Origin: Candidatus Latescibacterota bacterium
Lineage (GTDB): Bacteria; Latescibacterota; UBA2968; GCA-2709665
Reading direction: 5' to 3'
Length of the DNA: 64,000 bases
NCBI GenBank assembly: GCA_965116875.1
Contig: OZ220733.1
Span: 480,001 to 544,000 of the forward strand
Below are positions 40,822 through 51,393 of this stretch, one piece after another. Position numbers and translations under genes: made by a program. The notes beneath the pieces are model-generated. The model did not search any database. It saw only the letters and a list, made by a program, of their open reading frames with translations, and had not been told where the DNA came from. Numbering within the stretch: position 1 is the first letter of the stretch; every line of letters begins with the position of its first letter.

Positions 40822-41819
40822 AACCCGGGGACGGCCACGGGCTTGCCCGACCGCACGGATTCAAACAATGCCACGCAGATCGCCGCCGTGCGGACGGATT
40901 GCTCCAGATTCACCTGCGGTTCCGTGTCGTTTTCTATGGCATGAAGCAGGTCTTCGATGAGCATCTGCCGGCTGTCCCGGCCGTCGTCCCCGACGTCGAG
41001 GGGCATCCATTTTCGCCCCTGCAGGTCCGAAACCAGGCGGGCCGGCGGCGCCTGGGCGGTCAGGAACGTCTTGCGCGTACCGTATATCTGCACATTGCGA
41101 AAGCCGGGCCGCGCCGATCCCATCGTCGTAAACGTCTTGGCCACACATCCGTTCTCAAAGCGAATGATCCCCACGATGCAGTCGGTCACTTCCACACCGT
41201 GCGACCCGGCGGATATGCCGTTTCCGTACGCGGCCACCTCCACCGCGGGCGAGTCCACAATCCATTGAATCACGTCTACGGGATGGATGCTTCCGCCGGC
41301 CGCCGCGTTATAACGGGCGCCGAGCCCGCCGCGCCATCCGTCCTGAAACAGATTCAAGTGGTTGGATATATAGTCCGCCTCGGCGTAGAACACCTTGCCG
41401 AACGCCCGTGCCTCAACCTGGCGTTTCAACTCCTGAAACGTCTCGTCGAACCGGATCTGGCAGCCGTGCGACACCTTCCGTCCCGTCCGGCGGGACGTTC
41501 GCACGATTCTTTCGATATCCTCAAACGAGGTGGCCAGCGGCTTCTCGATTAGCACGTGCTTCCCCGAGGCCATCATTTCAACGGCCGGGTCGGCGTGCAG
41601 ATGATCCGGTGTGCAGATTGAAACGACGTCTACGTCATCCAGATCGGCCAGGGCGCGGTAATCCGTATACCGGCGCGGGACGCCGTGCTCCTCCCCTACC
41701 TGTTCCAGCAATTCCCCGTTTACGTCGCAGATCGCTGTTACCTCCGCGTCCGCTTCCCGGTAGGCGGAGATGTGCGCCCTGCCCACGCCCAGACCGATCA
41801 CCGCCGCGTTCAATGCCAC
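40818..41819 (-). CDS. Gfo/Idh/MocA-family oxidoreductase
   Basis: IGLGVG, TPDHLH, KHVLIEKP and IHPVD motifs. Confidence 0.9.
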   Translation of the reverse strand: MALNAAVIGLGVGRAHISAYREADAEVTAICDVNGELLEQVGEEHGVPRRYTDYRALADLDDVDVVSICTPDHLHADPAVEMMASGKHVLIEKPLATSFEDIERIVRTSRRTGRKVSHGCQIRFDETFQELKRQVEARAFGKVFYAEADYISNHLNLFQDGWRGGLGARYNAAAGGSIHPVDVIQWIVDSPAVEVAAYGNGISAGSHGVEVTDCIVGIIRFENGCVAKTFTTMGSARPGFRNVQIYGTRKTFLTAQAPPARLVSDLQGRKWMPLDVGDDGRDSRQMLIEDLLHAIENDTEPQVNLEQSVRTAAICVALFESVRSGKPVAVPGF

Positions 41820-41921
41820 ACGTCAACCCTCCACTGAAACGATCCTCGCGCAGAATTCCCGAATAGTGTACTGCGTACCGATATGAAGTGCAACTTGTCG
41901 GTACGACTCGACCCCAGGCTG

Positions 41922-43106
41922 CTAACATCGCCCCTGCGCAATCGGCACGAGACTGGCGCCCGATGGCCTCGGGCCGACGGGCCTGATCGGCAGGCGCTCG
42001 TACGAACGGTACCGGACTTCGAGATGCGGTGTCTCCACCCTTACGTGGCCTCTGTGGCGGGAGTCCATCAGCGCATCCAGGGCCCCGCTCACCAGGAGCG
42101 TGCGCTCTACCGGGTACGGCGGCTTGCCGGTAAGGAAGAGTTCGTGGATGTTTCTGCCGAGATAGCTGAAATGGGCATGGGGATCGTCAGGCAGAAATAC
42201 CTCCATCCCCCGCACCCGGTCTTTTTCGCGGCCGGCGTACCCGAACCCCTGCGTGTATCCGTTCAACATCAGCGTGGCCGCCTTCAACCCGTCGGCGTAT
42301 TCCAGCAGAAAAACCGCCGGGTCCGGGCAGTGGGCTTCCATTGCCCCCTCGGCTTTCGCCTCGATGGGTTCGCGCGCGGCGTCGGCAAGCTCGCGCGACC
42401 ACCGCCCCTCGTCTCCGGCCCGCCAGACGTCATCTCCCTCGAGGCACTGTACAGCGACGATACCGGTCTCGCCGCCCCGTCTGCGTTCGGTCATACACTG
42501 CAACAGCTCGAGCGCGTGGAACCCGTAGATGTCCAGTCCGGAATACCCGATTGACAATGCCTCCTCAAGCGGCGCATCCAGGCTGTATTCAAGGTACGGA
42601 CGCCTCCAGGCCAGCGGCACCGAGGAGCCAGCCAGAAAAGGCACCTTCAGCATTCCCGCCCGGTCGTACATCCACTTTGAATTCACCCAGTCATACGCCA
42701 GGTGCTTGTCGTTGAACACCGGCACGGAACGTCCGGACGTGGCAAATATCCCGCATATCTGCTCGAAGAAGTACCGGCGTGGATACATGTGCTGCTGCTT
42801 TTCGTTCCAGGCGTAGTCCCCATGCTCGCCGATCAACAGCACGCCGTCGACCGCCAGTTTCTCTCCGCCCAGCGTCAATGCCTTCGGAATACTGTTGTAG
42901 ACCGGCACCCCGTGTTCCTTTGCGAGTTCGAGGCCGACGTCTTTCTCATGAACCTGGTCCATGTACATCGACGCGACCTCCACCCGCGGCGGTATCAACC
43001 CGTCGTCCGACGGAAACCCCTTCAGAAACTTGGTCATAATGACGTCGGCGTGAGAATACCGATAGTACGTCGTCACAACTGCCGCGATTTTCTTCGATCC
43101 GGACAT
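41922..43106 (-). CDS. Conserved hypothetical protein, Gfo/Idh/MocA-like fold
   Basis: SHADVI, IGEHGDY, VFNDKHL, AGSS and YGFH motifs. Confidence 0.7.
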   Translation of the reverse strand: MSGSKKIAAVVTTYYRYSHADVIMTKFLKGFPSDDGLIPPRVEVASMYMDQVHEKDVGLELAKEHGVPVYNSIPKALTLGGEKLAVDGVLLIGEHGDYAWNEKQQHMYPRRYFFEQICGIFATSGRSVPVFNDKHLAYDWVNSKWMYDRAGMLKVPFLAGSSVPLAWRRPYLEYSLDAPLEEALSIGYSGLDIYGFHALELLQCMTERRRGGETGIVAVQCLEGDDVWRAGDEGRWSRELADAAREPIEAKAEGAMEAHCPDPAVFLLEYADGLKAATLMLNGYTQGFGYAGREKDRVRGMEVFLPDDPHAHFSYLGRNIHELFLTGKPPYPVERTLLVSGALDALMDSRHRGHVRVETPHLEVRYRSYERLPIRPVGPRPSGASLVPIAQGRC

Positions 43107-43359
43107 TTGTACCCACCCTTCGAAACATCGGGCGAACACCGGGTTCGCCTTCGCCTCGGCAAAGCGAAAAAAGATCAATCGCTCCGCCGCAGAGTACGGC
43201 AGGCGACTGAGAAAAACACGTGCGCGTCGCCCGGTCCGCCGGGCAAATATGAAGCGGGCCGGAATCGATGTCAAGGTGAATTGAACTTCCCGGAGCCGGG
43301 ACAATGCCCGACTTATCCGGCTTGATTTTGGAGGATGGATCTTCTATTTTGGTGTCTCG

Positions 43360-43548
43360 GAAGTTGTCTTAGAATTACCGGTGAGTTCCCGAGCACGAGC
43401 GAAAAAGCGGCGGTCAAGGCGGGAGAATTCGCCCATATACCAATGTATCGTGGCTGCGCGCCCCTCGCCACTCTTGGGTGGATTTAACCAACGCCGACCG
43501 GCACGTTTACAGCCGTGCGAAGACCGCTGGGAATTTTAAGACAGCTTC
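43360..43548. repeat. MITE-like family 2, 189-bp structured copy upstream of kbl
   Basis: Imperfect TIR GAAGTTGTCTTAGAATT / AATTTTAAGACAGCTTC; homologous to 35719-35880. Confidence 0.88.
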
Positions 43549-43590
43549 TCAGGTCAGGATGCCGGCTTTCGACCCCACAGGACTTCCGAT

Positions 43591-44784
<1,194 letters not shown>

Positions 44785-44852
44785 ACCCTTCCCTAGATTT
44801 CGGAAGAGGAAGCGGTTGCGGCCGCAGCCGGCAACAACGAGAGGACACGCTC

Positions 44853-45620
44853 ATGGATTTGCCCCAGAATCAACCCCTTCGTGACCACGTCGCCATCGTG
44901 ACCGGGGCGGGGCAGGGCATCGGCCGGGCCGTCGCCCGGACCCTTGCGGAACAGGGCGCCCACCTCGTCGTGAACGACCTCGACGAGTCCAACGCCGAAA
45001 GTACCGCCGAAGAGCTGAAGTCGTCGGTCACCACGGCTTTTCACTTTCAGGCCGATGTCACCGATGCGCCCGGCGTGCAGGCCATGGTCGACTGGACGGC
45101 GGACACGTTCGGCGCCGTCCACATTCTGGTCAACAATGCCGGAATTCTCTTTCCAACCAGCGTCATGGATATTGACGAAGACGAGTGGGATCGGGTGATC
45201 GACGTGAATCTCAAGGGCGCCTTTCTCTGCTCGAAGGCCGTCCTCCCACATATGAGGGAAGCCGGTTGGGGCCGGATTGTCAATTTCTCATCCACCGCCG
45301 GCAAGAACATCAGTACCGTGGGCGGCGCGCACTATACCGCGGCAAAGGCCGGCGTGCTGGGATTCACGCGCCACCTGGCCAGAGAGGTCGCGCCCTACAA
45401 CATCACCGTAAACGCCGTTTGCCCGGGCCTGATCGATACCGAAATGGTACGCGGAACCATCGATGAGGAACGAACTCGCGATTATGCGCGAAGCTTCCCC
45501 ATACCCCGCCTGGGCAGACCGGAGGAAGTGGCCGTCCTGGTGGCATTCCTCGCCTCCGACCAGGCCGCCTACATCACCGGCGCATCGCTGGACATCAACG
45601 GCGGCGATCTGATGATTTAG
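44853..45620 (+). CDS. SDR-family oxidoreductase
   Basis: TGAGQGIG, NNAG and YTAAK motifs. Confidence 0.93.
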   Translation: MDLPQNQPLRDHVAIVTGAGQGIGRAVARTLAEQGAHLVVNDLDESNAESTAEELKSSVTTAFHFQADVTDAPGVQAMVDWTADTFGAVHILVNNAGILFPTSVMDIDEDEWDRVIDVNLKGAFLCSKAVLPHMREAGWGRIVNFSSTAGKNISTVGGAHYTAAKAGVLGFTRHLAREVAPYNITVNAVCPGLIDTEMVRGTIDEERTRDYARSFPIPRLGRPEEVAVLVAFLASDQAAYITGASLDINGGDLMI

Positions 45621-45669
45621 AAGGTGTCGCCAACTGGTGTCCCATACGGCTTTCCGGAGCATTCGCGGA

Positions 45670-46830
45670 ATGCGGATAGAGCGCATAAAGACCTTCCTTG
45701 TCCACCCCGGCAGCGCGAAGAACTGGCTTTTCGTAAGGCTGGAAACCGACACGGGCATCCACGGATGGGGCGAGGCCTACACCCAGCACGACAGGGACCG
45801 GAGCGTCCAGGTTCACGTGGAGGAACTGGGCCGCTACCTGACGGGAAGGTCGCCGTTCGACATCAAGCATTTCACGTACGTGGCCTACACGGACTTCGCA
45901 AGCAAGCGGGGCGCGATGGACCTCTATGCCGCCATCAGCGCCATCGAACAGGCCATGTGGGATATTGTCGGCAAGTCGCTCAACCAGCCCGTCTACAACC
46001 TTCTGGGCGGCGCGTGCAGGACCAGGATCAGGGTCTACGCCAACGGATGGGGAAGCTGGTACGATCCCGGCAAGGGGTTGGATGAACTCGCCGATCGGGC
46101 GGCCCGGGTTGTGGCGAGAGGGTTCACCGCGCTCAAATTCGACCCCTTTCCGGGCCCCTGGCGCAGCCTCATCGACCGGACGGACGAACAGACCGCCGTG
46201 GACCGCGTCCGGGCCGTGCGGGAGGCCGTAGGCCCGAACGTGGATATCCTGGTCGAGGTACACCGCAGGCTCTCTCCGGCCCATGCCATCCGCGTTGCCC
46301 GCGGCATGGAGCCATACAATCCCTTCTGGTACGAAGAACCGGTTTCGTCGCGGGATCTCGACGGCCTGGTGGAAGCCAGACGAAACATCCGCATCCCGGT
46401 TGTTACCGGAGAGGAACTCTATACAAAGACCGAATTCCGCGAGGTTTTCGAAAAACGCGCCGCCGACGTCATCAACCCGGACGTCTGCAACTGCGGCGGA
46501 ATACTCGAGCTCAGGGAAATCGCGGCGATGGCCGAACCCTGTCACGTCGCGGTCTCGCCGCACAACTACAACAGCACCACCGTGGGGCTGGCTGCAACGA
46601 TGCAGGCGGCGGCCGGCATGCCCAACTTTCTGATTACCGAGTACTTCGTAAACTTCGAAGCCGCGGGCAATAAAATCGCCGTCGAACCCCTCGTTGTCGA
46701 AGACGGTTATATCCCGCTTCCCACGGCCCCCGGGCTTGGCATCGACCTGGACGAACGCGCGCTCGCCGAGCATCCTTTCCGGCCGTTCCCGGGAAGAAAC
46801 CTGCGGCGCCCGTGCGATGAGGGCCCGTAG
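45670..46830 (+). CDS. Mandelate racemase family acid-sugar dehydratase (DgoD-like)
   Basis: YANGW, KFDP, EVH, EEP, TGE and PHN motifs. Confidence 0.88.
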   Translation: MRIERIKTFLVHPGSAKNWLFVRLETDTGIHGWGEAYTQHDRDRSVQVHVEELGRYLTGRSPFDIKHFTYVAYTDFASKRGAMDLYAAISAIEQAMWDIVGKSLNQPVYNLLGGACRTRIRVYANGWGSWYDPGKGLDELADRAARVVARGFTALKFDPFPGPWRSLIDRTDEQTAVDRVRAVREAVGPNVDILVEVHRRLSPAHAIRVARGMEPYNPFWYEEPVSSRDLDGLVEARRNIRIPVVTGEELYTKTEFREVFEKRAADVINPDVCNCGGILELREIAAMAEPCHVAVSPHNYNSTTVGLAATMQAAAGMPNFLITEYFVNFEAAGNKIAVEPLVVEDGYIPLPTAPGLGIDLDERALAEHPFRPFPGRNLRRPCDEGP

Positions 46831-46922
46831 CCATCGGAAATTCACAACCACGTACGACGGTTTCTGAATCTGACCCATTCAGGCTCAGGACTGACCTGTT
46901 ATTCACGCGAAGGAGACAGAAA

Positions 46923-48101
46923 ATGGAACGTGACGACGTGAGAAAGAGATTGGACGCGCTGGAGGAGAGGCTGCGCTGGCAGAAGCGGGCGATTGCGGGG
47001 TTGCTCGTCTTATTTCTGTTCAGCGCAGCGCCGGTTCTGACCCGGACGCCGAAATGGTTCGGCGTGATGCTCCCGTCAAAACTGACCTCGCTGAGCTTTC
47101 GAGACGGCGTTACCACCGGCGACGTACGGTTCGGAGATCTCTCGCCAACCCGCGCCGGTCTCCCGTTGCCGGAGGCCGCCAGCGATGGGCTGAGCAAAAT
47201 TGCTCCTGAGCAAATCGTCGATGCCGGTGACACCTTGCGCGTGCGTACGCTACACATTGTAAATGCAGGCGGGGCGGTCGTCGCGGAAGTCGGGTCTGAT
47301 GAGTCCGGGGACGGCTCACTCGCGATCTGGAACAGTGCCGGCGCCCTCGTTTCCGTCGTGGGCGTAGACAGAAACGGCCACGGTACGCTGGGAGTCCTCA
47401 ATGCGGCGGGCCGTGTCGCGGCCGCCATGGGCGCGGATCCGACAGAACAGGCCAATGGCTGGATGGACGTCAGGAGCGCAACCGGGTCCGCTGCCGCACT
47501 CGCATTCGATAATGCCGGAGACGGCGCGATTGCCGTGTTTAACACGGATGACAAGCTTGTTGCCGGATTCGGTATCGACGCCAACGGTCACGGCGCCCTC
47601 CGTGTCTGGAACGCGTCGGGCGGGATCGCCGCTGCGATCGGCGCGGATGAGACGGAGGACGCCAACGGATGGATGGATGTCAGGAACAAGTCGGGGCCGG
47701 CGGCGGGACTCTCCGTCGACGCGGACGGCGACGGCCTGGTAATCGCGGGCAACCGGGACGGCGGTCCGACTTCGATAATGGGCGCGAATGGGAGCGGACA
47801 CGGAATCATCGGGTTCAGGAATGCGTCCGGCAGGGTTGTGGCCGGCATGGGCGCCGATTCGACCGGCATTGGGGGATTGAGTATCGAAGGAGGCAGGTTC
47901 GGAGCCTATGTCGACGGGAACGCCAACGGCGTGGCGGAGACTCGGGGCAACAACGGGGAGGTTCGATGGTCCTCCGAAGCGCCCGCCGTCGGTGATACCG
48001 GCACGTCAACCGGGCTGATCGGGGATTTCGACGGGGACGGCGACGTGGACTTCAACGACTTCCTCACCTTTACCGCGAATTTCGGTAAGACGAGCGGGTA
48101 G
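46923..48101 (+). CDS. Membrane-anchored/secreted Gly-rich beta-repeat protein with C-terminal dockerin/EF-hand-like motif
   Basis: Coiled coil plus hydrophobic N-terminus; repeats of pattern GxGxLxVxNxxGxxxAxxGxD; tail GDFDGDGDVDFNDFLTFTANFG. Confidence 0.75.
   Translation: MERDDVRKRLDALEERLRWQKRAIAGLLVLFLFSAAPVLTRTPKWFGVMLPSKLTSLSFRDGVTTGDVRFGDLSPTRAGLPLPEAASDGLSKIAPEQIVDAGDTLRVRTLHIVNAGGAVVAEVGSDESGDGSLAIWNSAGALVSVVGVDRNGHGTLGVLNAAGRVAAAMGADPTEQANGWMDVRSATGSAAALAFDNAGDGAIAVFNTDDKLVAGFGIDANGHGALRVWNASGGIAAAIGADETEDANGWMDVRNKSGPAAGLSVDADGDGLVIAGNRDGGPTSIMGANGSGHGIIGFRNASGRVVAGMGADSTGIGGLSIEGGRFGAYVDGNANGVAETRGNNGEVRWSSEAPAVGDTGTSTGLIGDFDGDGDVDFNDFLTFTANFGKTSG
47967..48101 (+). repeat. 135-bp direct repeat, copy 1 (dockerin-like coding tail)
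   Basis: Near-identical to 49801-49935. Confidence 0.9.
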
Positions 48102-48265
48102 CAGAAAGCGCGTTGGGATGGCGGCCCCGCCCCGGTGCGCGGCGCGGAGTGTGATCGCGACCGACGACGACGACGAAACGTGAATTGGCGGGTGAATTCA
48201 AATGGTCTGATGCAGGCGGTGGAGGCTCCAGTCCGGGGCCGATTCGACGCGAAGGAGTGTTGGAT

Positions 48266-49753
48266 ATGCGATTGAACAACTCCTTATTTCCAATGACTGC
48301 CGTCTTCGCCTGTATGTTTGCAGGAGCGGAATGCCCTTCGGCAGCGGCGGAAGACGATTCCGCAACTTCAGCCGACGGTCGTAACCTGCCGCCCGTGATT
48401 GTCAAAGCGGGAAGAAATGGAGCATACGGATATTCCCAAACAGTGGGTTCCGGTTTTTCTTTCTCTTCCAGCAAGACCCTGGCCGAGGGAAAGATGGAAG
48501 AAGGACTTGCGGAATTCCGTTCTGACAAGGACGTCGTATGGCTCTATTACAACTCGGAGGCCAACGACCCCGACGGGGACGAAGTGCAGTATATCTGGTC
48601 TCAGGTTTCACCGGAAAAGCCGGTGGCGATCATCGAACAGGATGATTCCTTCGTTCCCAGTGGGCAGTCAGTTGACGTGAAAGTATGCACTCCTCCCTCA
48701 GGTGCTGAGATCACGCTTCAAGTCGTAGCGATGGACAGGAACGGCGCCAGAAGCGAACCCAGGTCGGTCATCGTGAACGCCGCCGGCTGCGCGTCGGAAG
48801 CGCGCTGGGCGCGGTTGTCCAGATTTGCCCGATTGCGCGAAGCCGCCAATCAGGGAGATCATATATCTCAAAGAGACCTCGCATTAGCCTATATCAACGG
48901 CGACGGCGTTTTCAAGAATGTGAAAAAAGGAACTGACCTCATGCAATCGCAGGCGGAGGCTGGAAATGCCGAAGCACAAGCTCAATGGGCCTTTTTTCTC
49001 GACACGGGGAAGCACAGATTAAAAAAAGACAAAAAGAAAGCGCTTGAGTGGTATCGCGCTGCAGCCCGGCAGGGCCATGCGCATGCACAATATGCCGTGG
49101 GGTTCTACGAGAAGGACAAGCGAGAGGCGCAGAGGTGGTACAAACTGGCGGCCGAGCAGGACAACATGTCCGCACAATTCAGTTTGGCAAAGATGCTGGC
49201 TGAGGGTGACGGCGTAGCGAAGGATCTGGTTGCGGCGAAGGAGTGGATGCAAAAATCGGCTGATCGTGGGCACAAACGCGCCAAGACCTGGTTAGAAAAC
49301 TGGGAGGTGGCCACTGCTTTCGATGCGTCCGGAAATCGGCCGCCGCAATTGACGTCGGTTACCTATACGGGAGATCACAGCCCTGCCTCGGTTTCCTATT
49401 CCGCCGACAAGGTGACGTACAAGGACGGGAAATGGATCACTGAGGGGGGAAAGACCGGCGTCAACAAGATTGTGTGGCGAAAGTTTAACGTTCGAGCTGA
49501 AGATTTCGATGGCGAGGCGATTCGATATCTCGTTACGCAGACATCGCCAGTTACTCCCAAAGTCACAATCGGCGGTCAGCGAAACGTATTCAAATATCAT
49601 GCCTCCGGCAAGGAAGTCATGTTTGCAGTCTGCTTCCCTCAGATTTCCAGTGGAGAATTCACGTTTCAAGTGATTGCCGAGGATAAACGCGGCGGAAGAA
49701 GCGCTCCCAGGACAATCGCGCTCGAGGCGATAAGATCGGACAAGTGCCAGTGA
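48266..49753 (+). CDS. Secreted Sel1-repeat protein flanked by two Ig-like domains
   Basis: Signal-like N-terminus; Sel1 motifs (AAxQG..AQ..L, WYxxAA); duplicated NxPP...DxDGxxxxY domains; AAGGAG RBS. Confidence 0.82.
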   Translation: MRLNNSLFPMTAVFACMFAGAECPSAAAEDDSATSADGRNLPPVIVKAGRNGAYGYSQTVGSGFSFSSSKTLAEGKMEEGLAEFRSDKDVVWLYYNSEANDPDGDEVQYIWSQVSPEKPVAIIEQDDSFVPSGQSVDVKVCTPPSGAEITLQVVAMDRNGARSEPRSVIVNAAGCASEARWARLSRFARLREAANQGDHISQRDLALAYINGDGVFKNVKKGTDLMQSQAEAGNAEAQAQWAFFLDTGKHRLKKDKKKALEWYRAAARQGHAHAQYAVGFYEKDKREAQRWYKLAAEQDNMSAQFSLAKMLAEGDGVAKDLVAAKEWMQKSADRGHKRAKTWLENWEVATAFDASGNRPPQLTSVTYTGDHSPASVSYSADKVTYKDGKWITEGGKTGVNKIVWRKFNVRAEDFDGEAIRYLVTQTSPVTPKVTIGGQRNVFKYHASGKEVMFAVCFPQISSGEFTFQVIAEDKRGGRSAPRTIALEAIRSDKCQ

Positions 49754-49800
49754 GAGTGCGCACGAGAAGGGCAGATCTCAAGGGTGGTGGGAATCGACGC

Positions 49801-49935
49801 TGGTCCTCCGAACCATCCTCCGTTGGTGATACCGGCACGTCAACCGGTCTGATCTGGGAATTCGACGGGGACGGCGACGTGGACTTCAACGACTTCCTCA
49901 CCTTTACCGCGAATTTCGGTAAGACGAGCGGGTAA
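49801..49935 (+). repeat. 135-bp direct repeat, copy 2 (orphan dockerin-like gene tail, probable pseudogene fragment)
   Basis: Encodes WSSEPSSVGDTGTSTGLIWEFDGDGDVDFNDFLTFTANFGKTSG with no upstream gene body. Confidence 0.85.
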
Positions 49936-50247
49936 CGAGCCCTCCCCGGCACAGGGATGGGAGCATGCTCCCATCCGACGTCATGCGCCTCATGCAAACG
50001 TTGAGAGGGAGTTGCAGAAGCCGAGCCGTCCCCTGAGCTTGTCGAAGGGCCGGCGACGGCTGATGCGGTGGAAGGACTACAACGCGATTCCTTATTCAAG
50101 CAGAATTATCAAAAACGAACGCATCTTGCGTTGAAGTGTCTGAACCCCTTATATGTATTTCTACGTCCCGGCGATCCGAAGTCTTCACCGCCGCAATCGC
50201 TCGCTTTCTGCCGAGACTTGCGGCCAATTTATATTGGGAGAGTAGCA

Positions 50248-51378
50248 ATGAATCCACTTGAAGAACGGATGAACAGGTTAGAGACGCGCGTTACGCGGTA
50301 TCGCAATTTCAACGTTTTGTTGTGCCTCCTGCTGGTAACCGTCGTCACAGTTGCCGCAAAAGAAACTGTATCGCCATTTCAGGCGAAAGCAGCCCATGAG
50401 TCCGTTGCTATGCCGCGAGGTGACTTCGGCGTTCCAGAATTGTCGGACCGTGGTGCAGATGCTGTAATGGAACCGGAAGTTCGGAGTGCTGGAAAAGTTG
50501 CGGCACAGACGCAGGGCTTGATTCGCGCGACGGGACTGCAGATTGTAAACAGCGACGGACAGGCGGTTATTGAACTGGGGTTCAGCAGGTCGGGCGACGG
50601 TCTCGTCTTTGTCAAATCTGCACAAGGCAAGAGACTGATTTACGTCGGGCCGAGCGCATCTAACGACGATGGTTTGGTCTTGATCAGCTCAAAGGAAGAA
50701 AAAAGCCTGATAGCGTTGGGATCAGATTCTGAGTCGGGAGACGGTTTCATCGGCATCAGAAACAGAAATGAAGAGCGTTTGATCAGTTTGAGGACCGGCG
50801 AGAGCGCTGGATGGATTAGAATCGACAAAACCGGAAATGAGAACTTAGCGTACATCGGTGCTAGTACTCATGACAATGGACTATTGAGCCTGAGCAATAG
50901 ATCCGGAAAGGGCCTTGTAACAATGACTGCAGACGACATTGCCGGCAATCTGCAGCTACGAAACAATAGCGATAAGATGATCGCCTACCTGGGTTGGAGT
51001 AGCGAAGGCCAGGGAGTAATGAAGATTAACTCCAAGACCGGTACGGAACTCATTACGGCGGGTTCAAACGTAGAAGATGACGGACTGCTCAGGGTAAGCA
51101 ATCGCTATGGAACTCTCGGTTTTTTCGTTGTTAGTACTGAACTTCACGGCTATGTGGGAATTCAGGATAACCAGGAGAGGCTGCTTGCAGACCTGACAGC
51201 GACGGCGGGCGGCGATGGGCTTATGCGCACGTTGTCCAGGCAGGGTATCACGACGTGGTCCAGCGCTTCCTTTCAAGGCACCTCGGGTTCGACGTCCTTG
51301 AAGGGTGATATGGACAACGATGGCGATATTGACGGGGATGATTTCCTCATCTTCTCTGAAAACTTCGGTAAGAAATAG
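50248..51378 (+). CDS. Paralogous beta-repeat protein with C-terminal dockerin/EF-hand-like motif
   Basis: Same architecture as 46923-48101; tail GDMDNDGDIDGDDFLIFSENFG. Confidence 0.75.
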   Translation: MNPLEERMNRLETRVTRYRNFNVLLCLLLVTVVTVAAKETVSPFQAKAAHESVAMPRGDFGVPELSDRGADAVMEPEVRSAGKVAAQTQGLIRATGLQIVNSDGQAVIELGFSRSGDGLVFVKSAQGKRLIYVGPSASNDDGLVLISSKEEKSLIALGSDSESGDGFIGIRNRNEERLISLRTGESAGWIRIDKTGNENLAYIGASTHDNGLLSLSNRSGKGLVTMTADDIAGNLQLRNNSDKMIAYLGWSSEGQGVMKINSKTGTELITAGSNVEDDGLLRVSNRYGTLGFFVVSTELHGYVGIQDNQERLLADLTATAGGDGLMRTLSRQGITTWSSASFQGTSGSTSLKGDMDNDGDIDGDDFLIFSENFGKK

Positions 51379-51393
51379 TGAGCATTGATAATT

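Noticed and set aside
43410-43575. Glycine riboswitch upstream of kbl (GGAGA...CGCCGA...CTCAGG)
   Set aside because: The region is a copy of the TIR-bounded repeat at 35719-35880; the CCGAAG core is absent and CTCAGG straddles the repeat end
47967-49935. Diversity-generating retroelement TR/VR pair
   Set aside because: Mismatches are not adenine-specific and no reverse transcriptase is present in the window
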